From positions 1 through 28,725 of the IMG/VR virus record IMGVR_UViG_3300032237_000457: DNA of 28,725 nt, one strand, 5' to 3'. This stretch comes from a virus (taxonomy: Duplodnaviria > Caudoviricetes). The notes under the pieces are model-generated. The model did not search any database, had not been told where the DNA came from, and saw only the letters and a list, made by a program, of their open reading frames with translations. Shown here in pieces: positions 17,581 to 25,800 of this stretch (position 1 is the stretch's first letter; every line of letters begins with the position of its first letter). A program made the position numbers and the translations under genes.

Positions 17581-19221
17581 TTAGATAGTATTCAAACCAC
17601 TAACATAAATTTTCCCATAATAATCAGGTCTGATCATTTTCTTAGCGTAACGAGTCATCAAACCTTTTCTTGGTGTGAAAGTGTTTGGATCGTATAACAA
17701 TGGAGTCATGATTAATGGAACATAAGGAGCAAATACCGCACCACATTCCAAGAATTGAGCACCTTTGTAACCCATCAAGATAATGTTCTCAGTCATGTAT
17801 GGATTTTTATAAACCTTGTAACGACTGTTTAATGAACCAATCTTTTGGATACCAAAGTTGTATTCTAATTTCTCACCTGTACCATCAGCAGCAAATCCTG
17901 GGATTGACTCGATGATTGTAGCAACTGTTGGAGACATTACTAAGAAATTAGCGCCACCTCTTAAAGTTAACTGATGAATTTTGTTAGATACTTTTTGTAA
18001 TTTAGTTCCTAAAGTTTGGAACCAACCACCTTGTGTATTGTAGAAACCACCTGTAGTTGCTGATTGTTGAACAAATGCACCTGCAGCTGTACCACTATAT
18101 TGTTGGTTATTAACTGCTGACCAGTAATCAGTTGTGAAAGCGTTTTGGATCAACATATCCAACAATTCCAAATCAATTTCCATTGAAATATATTGAGATA
18201 AGATACCAGTCAATTCAGCTTCAGCATCAACACTATGGTAAGCGTTCAAATCCTGAGCGAATTCCGGCGTCCATTGTGCTTTTAACTTACGAGTTTTAGC
18301 AACAATAGCTTCAGATTTTAACTGAACGTTAATTTCTGGAATAGCGATTGTTGATGGAGCATTGCCTGATGGTTGTTTAGTAACACCATCTTCAAAATCG
18401 CCACGGAACTGACCACTACCAGAATCTTGTGGAGCAAAATCATAAAATAATGTTACAGTAGCAGCACTTGGACTCATATTTGCTGCAACAGCAGATGCAG
18501 TAACAACAAACGAAGCTGTGTTGCTTGTTACAGTTGTAAATGCTGATAAAGGAGTAGTTGCTAAAATTGAACCTGAAGTAATAGTAAATGCACGGAAACC
18601 ATTTGTATCATATCCTGCAGGAAGTGGAACTAAAATTTTCTTATATCCTGAAGCAGCAGCAGAAGCTGAGTAATCAGAATCAAAGTTAAAGTCAGACCAT
18701 TGTGCAGAAGCTGTACCAGCATTAGTAACAGACTGAGAGAATTGGTTAATAGAATAACCAAATTTACCAGCACCATAAAGTGATTGAGAAGTAATATCAG
18801 TTACGTTTGTAGAAGCGTTAGCACCATACAATGAACCGTTAGTAGCGAATGGATTAACACTAGTACCATATTTGAAGTCAAGATAGAATACAAGACCTGA
18901 AGGTAAGTTCATTGGTTGTACACTAACGAATTCTTTAGCAGCGATTTCACCGAATACACGACGAACTAATGGTAAAGCTACTCCGTTCCAAGATTCACCA
19001 CTATATGATCCAGCACCTGGAGATGCAGTACCTGTAGATGATGCTTCTGTTACTAATTGTTTTGCCTGATTTTCCAATAGCATAGCCATTGTGTTGCGAT
19101 CAGTTTCGCCTTTAAGACCTTCTAAAAGGCCAGACTTAACCCACTTTGAGCTAAGCTTTTTTGCGTCATCAGCAATTACTTTATACTGATTTGACGATTC
19201 TAATAATTGTTGTACGTTCAT
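17581..19221 (-). CDS. gp23: Major capsid protein (T4 gp23-like)
   Basis: LLENQ, LPLVRR, VSVQPMNLPSGLVFYL, AKTRKLKAQWTPEFAQDL.AYH..DAEAEL, FAPYVPL, FTPRKGLMTRYA. Confidence 0.97.
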   Translation of the reverse strand: MNVQQLLESSNQYKVIADDAKKLSSKWVKSGLLEGLKGETDRNTMAMLLENQAKQLVTEASSTGTASPGAGSYSGESWNGVALPLVRRVFGEIAAKEFVSVQPMNLPSGLVFYLDFKYGTSVNPFATNGSLYGANASTNVTDITSQSLYGAGKFGYSINQFSQSVTNAGTASAQWSDFNFDSDYSASAAASGYKKILVPLPAGYDTNGFRAFTITSGSILATTPLSAFTTVTSNTASFVVTASAVAANMSPSAATVTLFYDFAPQDSGSGQFRGDFEDGVTKQPSGNAPSTIAIPEINVQLKSEAIVAKTRKLKAQWTPEFAQDLNAYHSVDAEAELTGILSQYISMEIDLELLDMLIQNAFTTDYWSAVNNQQYSGTAAGAFVQQSATTGGFYNTQGGWFQTLGTKLQKVSNKIHQLTLRGGANFLVMSPTVATIIESIPGFAADGTGEKLEYNFGIQKIGSLNSRYKVYKNPYMTENIILMGYKGAQFLECGAVFAPYVPLIMTPLLYDPNTFTPRKGLMTRYAKKMIRPDYYGKIYVSGLNTI

Positions 19222-19247
19222 TTTAATGAAGTTTTTGTTTTGTTTTG

Positions 19248-20495
19248 TTATTTAATAATGTTTGCAAGTTTTTGCATTCTAGTGATAGCATCATTTGTTT
19301 CAACGATTGCTTTTCTAGGCGCAACACCAGCTGCTCTTGAAGCAAATCCTAAAGATTCTTTAATTGCTTGTTTTGGAGTAGCTGTTGTTAAAGTAGAGTT
19401 CAATGATTCATAAACAACTTTAGCTTCTCTAGTTGTAGTTGCTTTATCAAATGAAGCAATAACTTTTAATTTTTGTGATTCAGTTAAATTCTTAGCTTTG
19501 AAGATTTTATTAACATAAAGCAACTTAGCGTTTAATAAGTTAACTTCATTTAATTCAGAGCGAAGAGTGTTGATTGTTCTGATGGCTTCGTTCATTTCTC
19601 GGGCTTCACCAAATCCACTAGAGGTACTACCACCTAATCCAGCACCGCTAGAAGGTGTACCAAATACATATCCCATATCTTCTAAAGCTTCTTTATCTCC
19701 ATTAACCGAATTCCAATCTTTTTCTCTCTCTTGGGTATTTACAGGAATTTTTCTTTTGGTTTTTTTATCTATTTTATCCGGAGATAGAATTCCTCCCCTT
19801 AAGAAAACTTGTTTACTGACGCCTTTGCCAAAACTTTGAAGACCGTTTTTAATTTTTCCAAAATCGATTTCTTCAAGGTCTTTATGGTCTTTATCATCCT
19901 TATTATCCATTCCCATTTCATCTAATTCAGCTAATAATTCTTCTAAATCGATTTCTTCGTCAAGAGGTACTTCATCTGCATTGTCAGCATCGTGATCACT
20001 TGGACCACCAGCGTTGTCTGCATCTGGTTCATCATGCATTTCTGCTCCACCTTCTTTATCCATCATTTTTTCAATGGTAGCAATAATAAAGTCTTTAATA
20101 GATTCTGGATCTTTAGGATTGAAATCTTCTTCAGATTCTTCTTCTTCTTCTTCTTTTTTAGCTTCATTCAATTCAGCTAAGATTTCAGAAATGTCGAAGT
20201 CTTCTTCTAAATCACCGTAACCTGGTCTTCCTTGTTCTTGACCTCCTGCTGATGAATCAGCCCATTCATCAGAGCTATCTCCTTGTTTAAAACCATCGTA
20301 TTCTTCTAATTCTTCTTCACCTATATAACCTTCTTCTTCCATTTCATACTCTATTTCATTTAACTTTGTAGCTAACATAGATTGTAGTCTTGGTGTTAAT
20401 GCCTCTTCTAGAGCGGCTTTTGCGTTTACTAACGCTGCTTCGCGAACGGCTTTAGCGTCAGCGATAGCTTCTTTAAATAAATTTTTGTTTGACAT
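19248..20495 (-). CDS. Prohead scaffolding / core protein
   Basis: Directly upstream of MCP, very acidic centre with many LEE/LDE sites, coiled-coil C-terminus (LRSELNEVNLLNAKLLY...RMQKLANIIK). Confidence 0.8.
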   Translation of the reverse strand: MSNKNLFKEAIADAKAVREAALVNAKAALEEALTPRLQSMLATKLNEIEYEMEEEGYIGEEELEEYDGFKQGDSSDEWADSSAGGQEQGRPGYGDLEEDFDISEILAELNEAKKEEEEEESEEDFNPKDPESIKDFIIATIEKMMDKEGGAEMHDEPDADNAGGPSDHDADNADEVPLDEEIDLEELLAELDEMGMDNKDDKDHKDLEEIDFGKIKNGLQSFGKGVSKQVFLRGGILSPDKIDKKTKRKIPVNTQEREKDWNSVNGDKEALEDMGYVFGTPSSGAGLGGSTSSGFGEAREMNEAIRTINTLRSELNEVNLLNAKLLYVNKIFKAKNLTESQKLKVIASFDKATTTREAKVVYESLNSTLTTATPKQAIKESLGFASRAAGVAPRKAIVETNDAITRMQKLANIIK

Positions 20496-20504
20496 AAATG
20501 TGTT

Positions 20505-20547
20505 CTCCTTAAATTTGTTTTAGGAAATAAGATTATTGGGAATCTTA
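20505..20547 (-). promoter_or_regulatory. Scaffold leader: hairpin (20528-20547) and Shine-Dalgarno AAGGAG (20505-20510)
   Basis: Minus strand TAAGATT-CCCAAT-AATCTTA, and AAGGAG 9 nt before the ATG. Confidence 0.55.
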
Positions 20548-20584
20548 ATGTGTGGATTTATAAATTGCCGGGTATCATGAGGAT

Positions 20585-20617
20585 AAAAAATGGATAACCC
20601 ATTGTGGCGTTATCCAT
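20585..20617 (-). terminator. Intrinsic terminator after 20649..21446, overlapping a promoter motif
   Basis: Minus strand ATGGATAAC-GCCACAATGG-GTTATCCAT followed by TTTTT. Confidence 0.7.
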
Positions 20618-20623
20618 AAATAT
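20616..20623 (-). promoter_or_regulatory. ATATTTAT putative late-promoter motif for scaffold-MCP
   Basis: Exact copy with TTGCGGTTTTT upstream. Confidence 0.65.
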
Positions 20624-20648
20624 ATGTGATTAGTAAAAACCGCAAGTA

Positions 20649-21446
20649 TTATTTACTTTCTCCAGCCTGAGATATTTTTAGTCCTAATTTTTCAGCAATG
20701 GCTTTTAATTCTTCTCCTGTTTTTCCTCCAGCGTTAGGGGGAGTTTTGTCATATATTTGTGTTTGAGAAGAAGGATAACCAGTCATTGGGTCTTCCCCAT
20801 CCCACCTATACACGTATATTTCTGGAACTTCTTTTTTAAATTCCTCTTCTTTTTCTTTAGAAAGATCTAAATTTTTTTGTAATACAATAAACCCATGGCC
20901 TCTAAGACTATTTTCATTTAATTGTTTTTTGCGAAATTTTCTTAGTGCTTCGTTTACTGCTTGTTCGATTGATTCTTGTTGTGGTTGAGCAGCGGGTTTA
21001 GTGTTTTGTTGTGTATTGCTAACATATCCACCTTTTTTAGTTGTTTTTTCTCTAACTCTAAATGCTATTCTTGTTCCACCTTCTCCTGTTTTTTGATATT
21101 GTTCTAAATTAGGATAAGCAGATAAAAACTTTTTCTCAACATCTGCTACAATTTTAGGATCACCAATTAAATGTATTTCTATTTGTGTTTGTTTTGTTTT
21201 TGGATCATCCCAATACCATACAAGAGAGGTGTTATTACCTGTTGAAGTTGCTCCTATTTGTTTTCCACTTGCTCCTGCTGATGGTAACGATGCTATTAAT
21301 TTAACTTCAACTCCATTTTTCTTTAACCAAGAATATAAATCTCTAGCTATTTTTTTAATTTGTGTATTATCTTCATTCAACTGTGATTCAGTTATTAATC
21401 CAGCTAATAATTGCATTCTTTTTGCTTCTTTAATTAATTGTGACAT
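20649..21446 (-). CDS. Hypothetical protein, candidate internal head (cargo) protein
   Basis: Begins MSQLIKEAKRMQLLAGLITESQLNE. Two domains separated by QQES...VNE...QLNE. Confidence 0.7.
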   Translation of the reverse strand: MSQLIKEAKRMQLLAGLITESQLNEDNTQIKKIARDLYSWLKKNGVEVKLIASLPSAGASGKQIGATSTGNNTSLVWYWDDPKTKQTQIEIHLIGDPKIVADVEKKFLSAYPNLEQYQKTGEGGTRIAFRVREKTTKKGGYVSNTQQNTKPAAQPQQESIEQAVNEALRKFRKKQLNENSLRGHGFIVLQKNLDLSKEKEEEFKKEVPEIYVYRWDGEDPMTGYPSSQTQIYDKTPPNAGGKTGEELKAIAEKLGLKISQAGESK

Positions 21447-21469
21447 TTTATTTTTTTGATATGTTTATA

Positions 21470-21477
21470 ATAAATAT
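21470..21477 (-). promoter_or_regulatory. ATATTTAT putative late-promoter motif
   Basis: Exact copy abutting the protease stop codon. Confidence 0.7.
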
Positions 21478-22115
21478 TAGCAAAGAGGACAAACGCCTGT
21501 TTGTGAACAAATTATTTCAGTTATCAATGAATTTACTTTGCTATAGTCTTTAGTTGATTTATATTGCTTACTTTCATTCAATTTACCTTGTAATTTATTT
21601 AAACTACCAACTGGGTGTACATATGCTTCAGGTGTGCTAGGTACTGATACTAAATCCCAACATAATAATTCAAAATCATCTTGTACTTCAACTGTCTCAC
21701 CTAATTGCTTAACAGAACCCATACCGCGTGATGATATACCTAATGGTATTCCAGCACTAACAATTTCCATTGCTATTTTGCCTGATGGTGTGCCAAGTAA
21801 TTCAAGTTGACCCATTAAATCATCACCGTCCCACCATATTTTTTTAATATTGTGTGATACATTTGATAAATTAATAATTGATGCTTCAGGGTGATCTAAT
21901 TCACCCATAGCATTGTTATTTGCTATAGGGCCTTTTATATATTTTTCTACTTCTCTGCTTAATATTTCTTTAGGGTAAACACGGCCATTACCATTTTTGG
22001 TATCGGCTGCTTGTAATTTACCCTCTAATAACATACGGCCACCAGATGATTTACTTTCGTTAAGCGTTAATTTGGCTATAGTAAAGGGGATGTGATCTAT
22101 TAAAAGTTGTTTCAT
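21477..22115 (-). CDS. gp21: Prohead core protease (T4 gp21-like)
   Basis: N.NGRVYP, GELDHP, VSH.I, GISSRGMGS, WDLVSVPSTPEAY. Start set at MKQLLIDH (22115), which removes the overlap with the upstream gene. Confidence 0.95.
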   Translation of the reverse strand: MKQLLIDHIPFTIAKLTLNESKSSGGRMLLEGKLQAADTKNGNGRVYPKEILSREVEKYIKGPIANNNAMGELDHPEASIINLSNVSHNIKKIWWDGDDLMGQLELLGTPSGKIAMEIVSAGIPLGISSRGMGSVKQLGETVEVQDDFELLCWDLVSVPSTPEAYVHPVGSLNKLQGKLNESKQYKSTKDYSKVNSLITEIICSQTGVCPLC

Positions 22116-22122
22116 ATTAATA

Positions 22123-23382
22123 TTAGTAGTTTGTGTATGAATCTCCGTTTTCAGCACTCATTTGATCTCCACCATAAGCACCCGCTATTTCTTTACGAAT
22201 CATTTCCATTAAATCATCTTTAGTTAATGATTTTAATCCAGCAGTAATACCAACATTTCTATTAAAAATAGTATTAGCTACTTTACCAGATTCATATAGA
22301 TACTCTACATTAACTGTAAATGTAGTACCTTGATCATCTACTATAGTAGCATCTACGCTTTGCATTAATGATCCTGGTCTATTTTTTGTAAATGACTGGA
22401 TTTTATATACATCGTTTGGGTCTATGTCTAATGAGTTAGCTGCTTCAGAATTAACTTTTACATTATCTCCTATTTTAAGGCCATTATGTATTTCAGAAGA
22501 TGAAGCAGATGCCATTTCTTCGCCTCTTTTACTAGATAACCAAGATTCAAAGCTTTCTTTCATAGCAATCTTCTTCATTTTCTCACCAGTAGCATCCATT
22601 TTTTGAACACCACGAGTTGATTTAGCAATAAGAGACATTAATGAAATACCTTTTTCCATTTTATTTGTTTCACCACCTTTATCGGAATCTTTTTTTATTT
22701 TTTCTATATCTTTAACGGGTTTCATTCCCATTTTCTTATCAACTACATTACCCATATTTTTTTCAAGGTATTGCATTTGACGTGCTTCAACATCAGCTTT
22801 AGGACCCATATATTCTGCTTCAGCTCCTTCTTTACCAGCTAAATCAGTCATTGTATAATACAATGGATTTTTCTTTAAATTTTTAATTACTATTTTAGCA
22901 GCTGCTGCTTTAGATAATTCAGGATTTTTTTCCATTTCCCAATCTAAACCAGTTATTACTTCTTGAGCATTTAAGTTATCAATTTCTTTAAATTGGTCAT
23001 ACATTGATTTACCTGATGTATTAGTCCATTTACCTTTCTCGTCTTTAGCTTCTTTTAATGAATTACCTTTAGGTATTTCTTCACCTTCTTCATTTTCACC
23101 ATCATTTTCAAAGAAACCCATTGTATATCCATCTCTATGATAATCATCATTTTTAGCTGTAATATCACTAATAACTTTTATAATTTTATCTAGTGTATCT
23201 TTTGGCATAGTAATATCAGCTTCAGTTAATATACCTTTATTTTTAAGGATACGAATTGAATCGTCAAATGATGTTACATTAGTAACGTATTGAGGTAATG
23301 ACATACGTAAGTTACGCATGAAATTAGCTTGTGTCATGTTACCTTCGCGTAAATCGATGTACTGTTGTTTAATACTTTTCAT
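22123..23382 (-). CDS. Multidomain hypothetical protein, candidate internal head protein
   Basis: 419 aa. GLDWEMEK...AAKIVIKNLKKNPLYYT recalls DUF5661-type motifs and LKIGDNVKV an SH3/KOW-like segment. Segments are bounded by LTE/LKE/MKE/LYE. Confidence 0.65.
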   Translation of the reverse strand: MKSIKQQYIDLREGNMTQANFMRNLRMSLPQYVTNVTSFDDSIRILKNKGILTEADITMPKDTLDKIIKVISDITAKNDDYHRDGYTMGFFENDGENEEGEEIPKGNSLKEAKDEKGKWTNTSGKSMYDQFKEIDNLNAQEVITGLDWEMEKNPELSKAAAAKIVIKNLKKNPLYYTMTDLAGKEGAEAEYMGPKADVEARQMQYLEKNMGNVVDKKMGMKPVKDIEKIKKDSDKGGETNKMEKGISLMSLIAKSTRGVQKMDATGEKMKKIAMKESFESWLSSKRGEEMASASSSEIHNGLKIGDNVKVNSEAANSLDIDPNDVYKIQSFTKNRPGSLMQSVDATIVDDQGTTFTVNVEYLYESGKVANTIFNRNVGITAGLKSLTKDDLMEMIRKEIAGAYGGDQMSAENGDSYTNY

Positions 23383-23386
23383 TTGT

Positions 23387-23686
23387 CTATTTTAATTTTA
23401 AATTGTATTCTGCATTTATAATGCCTATAGCTTTTTCTCTATCCTCTTTATTAGTAAGATATACTTTAACTGCTTGATTTGGGTCTAAACTTCCCTCAGA
23501 TTTGGATTGAGTTCGAGACTCAATACCGTTCTTTTTTAATAGTTGTTGAACGTCAAGTGAATCCTCATCAATGTCAAAAACAGGGCCAGGGCCCATAGGT
23601 GCTATAATGTCTGGGTTATCTGTATCTTCAGTAATAATACCAGCTAATTGCTGCATTCTTCTAACTTCGTTAATAGGTTGTTTCAT
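23387..23686 (-). CDS. Hypothetical protein, candidate internal head (cargo) protein
   Basis: Begins MKQPINEVRRMQQLAGIITE. Confidence 0.7.
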   Translation of the reverse strand: MKQPINEVRRMQQLAGIITEDTDNPDIIAPMGPGPVFDIDEDSLDVQQLLKKNGIESRTQSKSEGSLDPNQAVKVYLTNKEDREKAIGIINAEYNLKLK

Positions 23687-23697
23687 ATTTTTGTTAT

Positions 23698-23826
23698 TTA
23701 TCTTCCTTGACCAACGTATTTCTTTGGTCTTGGTGTATGTTTATTGAATGATTTTTTTGCTGCGCCTTTTTTACGAGCACCAAATGTTAATTTTCTTGTG
23801 TCGCTTGTTCCTTTTGCTTTTGCCAT
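23698..23826 (-). CDS. 42-aa highly basic peptide ending KKYVGQGR (below ORF-track cutoff)
   Basis: MAKAKGTSDTRKLTFGARKKGAAKKSFNKHTPRPKKYVGQGR*. Fills the gap with 11-nt spacers on both sides and an A-rich leader. Confidence 0.8.
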   Translation of the reverse strand: MAKAKGTSDTRKLTFGARKKGAAKKSFNKHTPRPKKYVGQGR

Positions 23827-23837
23827 TGTTTTTTATT

Positions 23838-24128
23838 TTAAGACCAAAACATTATTGGAGCACTTGTTGTATCTAATGATGCACTAGTAATATTCATTTC
23901 TATAATAGTACCAGCAGGTATAAATAATCCTCCAGTACCCATTGAAGCAGATACTATATCTGTTCCACTTGCATCTTTTAATCCCATGATATGACCTGGA
24001 GCGCCAGCGCTACCTCCTACTACTGATCCAGAAGCCATTACTTGCATTTTATAAAAGGATCCTGTTATAGATTCTCCATTCTTTTTAATTGTTATTCCAG
24101 GATAGTATACTCCGTTAATTGTTGGCAT
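23838..24128 (-). CDS. Small beta-rich protein, candidate capsid decoration protein
   Basis: 96 aa, Gly/Ser/Thr-rich with ITGSF, ASGSV, VSASM and TSASL, located in the head gene cluster. Confidence 0.55.
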   Translation of the reverse strand: MPTINGVYYPGITIKKNGESITGSFYKMQVMASGSVVGGSAGAPGHIMGLKDASGTDIVSASMGTGGLFIPAGTIIEMNITSASLDTTSAPIMFWS

Positions 24129-24132
24129 AATA

Positions 24133-24903
24133 TTAATGTAAATTTTTAATTTTATTATTTAGTGCGTTTACCATTTCTGATATGGTTGCTATATTGCTTT
24201 CTGTTTTTTTCCAATATTGTAATCCTTCTTCACCTTCACTTAATTCTTGTTTCATACGAGATGTATATTCAACAATACGATCAATTTCAGATAATTTACG
24301 TTTTACTTCACGAATTGCTTTGTGTAGTATTTCATTTTTAGTTCTGAATTTAACTTCGTTTCTGAATTTATGGTATGTTACTTCGTTAAGTAATTCTTCT
24401 TTAACGATATTGGCTAATGATTCCATTGAATAGCCACTTTCTGCTCCGTATTGGCTTTTTTGTAGGTATAAACTTGGATTTGATGATGGTGATGCTTTAG
24501 TATAATCTGATGCTTGAGTATACTTACTTTCAAATTGGATTTTTTTTACCTTTGAATTTACATCTTCTGGAGATATAAATATTATCCCACCCTTATTTAC
24601 ACCTGGGTCAAACATTAATTCTCCAGTTGGTCTAACACCTTTATATATAGCGTTTACAGTTTTTCCATCTTTTGTTGTTACTGAAAATTCTGCATTTACA
24701 TCTGTTGTACCTAGTTCGTATATTTTTCTAGCAACAGTAAATCCTTGCTTTTTGGCTGTTTTAGTAGCAGCGTTTATTTTTTGTCCTTTAGGAGCAACCC
24801 AATTTGGTGTTGCTATGTTCATACCAACACCACTTCCAACAGAAGTTGATGTTTCTTCTAATTGTTTGCGTACAAGTGATTTTATGTATTCTTTTAAATT
24901 CAT
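24133..24903 (-). CDS. Hypothetical head-associated protein
   Basis: MNLKEYIKSLVRKQLEE start, internal SLANIVKEELLNE and a coiled-coil C-terminal domain. Confidence 0.7.
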   Translation of the reverse strand: MNLKEYIKSLVRKQLEETSTSVGSGVGMNIATPNWVAPKGQKINAATKTAKKQGFTVARKIYELGTTDVNAEFSVTTKDGKTVNAIYKGVRPTGELMFDPGVNKGGIIFISPEDVNSKVKKIQFESKYTQASDYTKASPSSNPSLYLQKSQYGAESGYSMESLANIVKEELLNEVTYHKFRNEVKFRTKNEILHKAIREVKRKLSEIDRIVEYTSRMKQELSEGEEGLQYWKKTESNIATISEMVNALNNKIKNLH

Positions 24904-25757
24904 TATTTTACTGATTTTAATTCTGCTATTAATTGATGGAATTGTAATAGGGCAATTATGTTATCGTCTTTTACGCTTTGATTTTTATCAAGTGGTTTAA
25001 GAATATTAACCACTTCGTGTATTTTAATCTGTACAGTTTTATCTGTTACTGTAGTATTCATTCTGTTTAATTCTGCTCTAATAGCAGCAAAATGATTATT
25101 AACGAATTCACGTAATTTAACAGTATTAGATATATTATTAATATATTCTTTCAACACAGATTTCTGTGTGTTAGACATATTACTGTATTTGCTGTTAAAT
25201 CTTTCTAATAATGTTCTGTACACTAAAATACGTGTACCTTTATCCATAGAAAGATATTCTTCCATTACACGATCTGTAACATTCTCTTTACTAATTTCTT
25301 TACGTGTAATATGCTCTAATAATGTAACTTTATTTTCAATAACTTGAGATGGCTCAACAAACTCTAGTGAGTTGTGAGCCTCTATTAAATTAAATGCAGC
25401 GGCATATTGAGAATAATTATTAATCTTTGATTTAAAAAATTCTTCTAAATCATATGATTCACGAATAGCCTTAATAATGTTATATTTTTCTTTGCGTAAT
25501 GCAGAGCGATTTAAACGTGAAGATATTTCAAGTGTAGCATTAATTAATGATTCAGCTTTACCTTCAGTTAATGCTTTAGAGTCAACTAAAGCTTGGTATA
25601 GTTTATGTTCCTTGACTAATTCTGATTTGGAGAAATATTTTTTTACTATATCAATAGCAGCTGAATCTTTACCAGATACAGTATCTGATGCGATTTGGCG
25701 AACTAATAATTCAAATAAAATTCCTGTGTTTTTGTATTTTGAATGTTTTACTTTCAC
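24903..25757 (-). CDS. Hypothetical helical protein downstream of portal
   Basis: 284 aa, GTG start, MKVKHSKYKNTGILFELLVRQI, TAATG coupling to the next gene. Confidence 0.75.
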   Translation of the reverse strand: MKVKHSKYKNTGILFELLVRQIASDTVSGKDSAAIDIVKKYFSKSELVKEHKLYQALVDSKALTEGKAESLINATLEISSRLNRSALRKEKYNIIKAIRESYDLEEFFKSKINNYSQYAAAFNLIEAHNSLEFVEPSQVIENKVTLLEHITRKEISKENVTDRVMEEYLSMDKGTRILVYRTLLERFNSKYSNMSNTQKSVLKEYINNISNTVKLREFVNNHFAAIRAELNRMNTTVTDKTVQIKIHEVVNILKPLDKNQSVKDDNIIALLQFHQLIAELKSVK

Positions 25758-25785
25758 TTTTTATATAAATTAGTATACACTACAT

Positions 25786-25793
25786 ATAAATAT
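25786..25793 (-). promoter_or_regulatory. ATATTTAT putative late-promoter motif
   Basis: Exact copy in the portal/next-gene gap. Confidence 0.7.
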
Positions 25794-25800
25794 GTAATTA

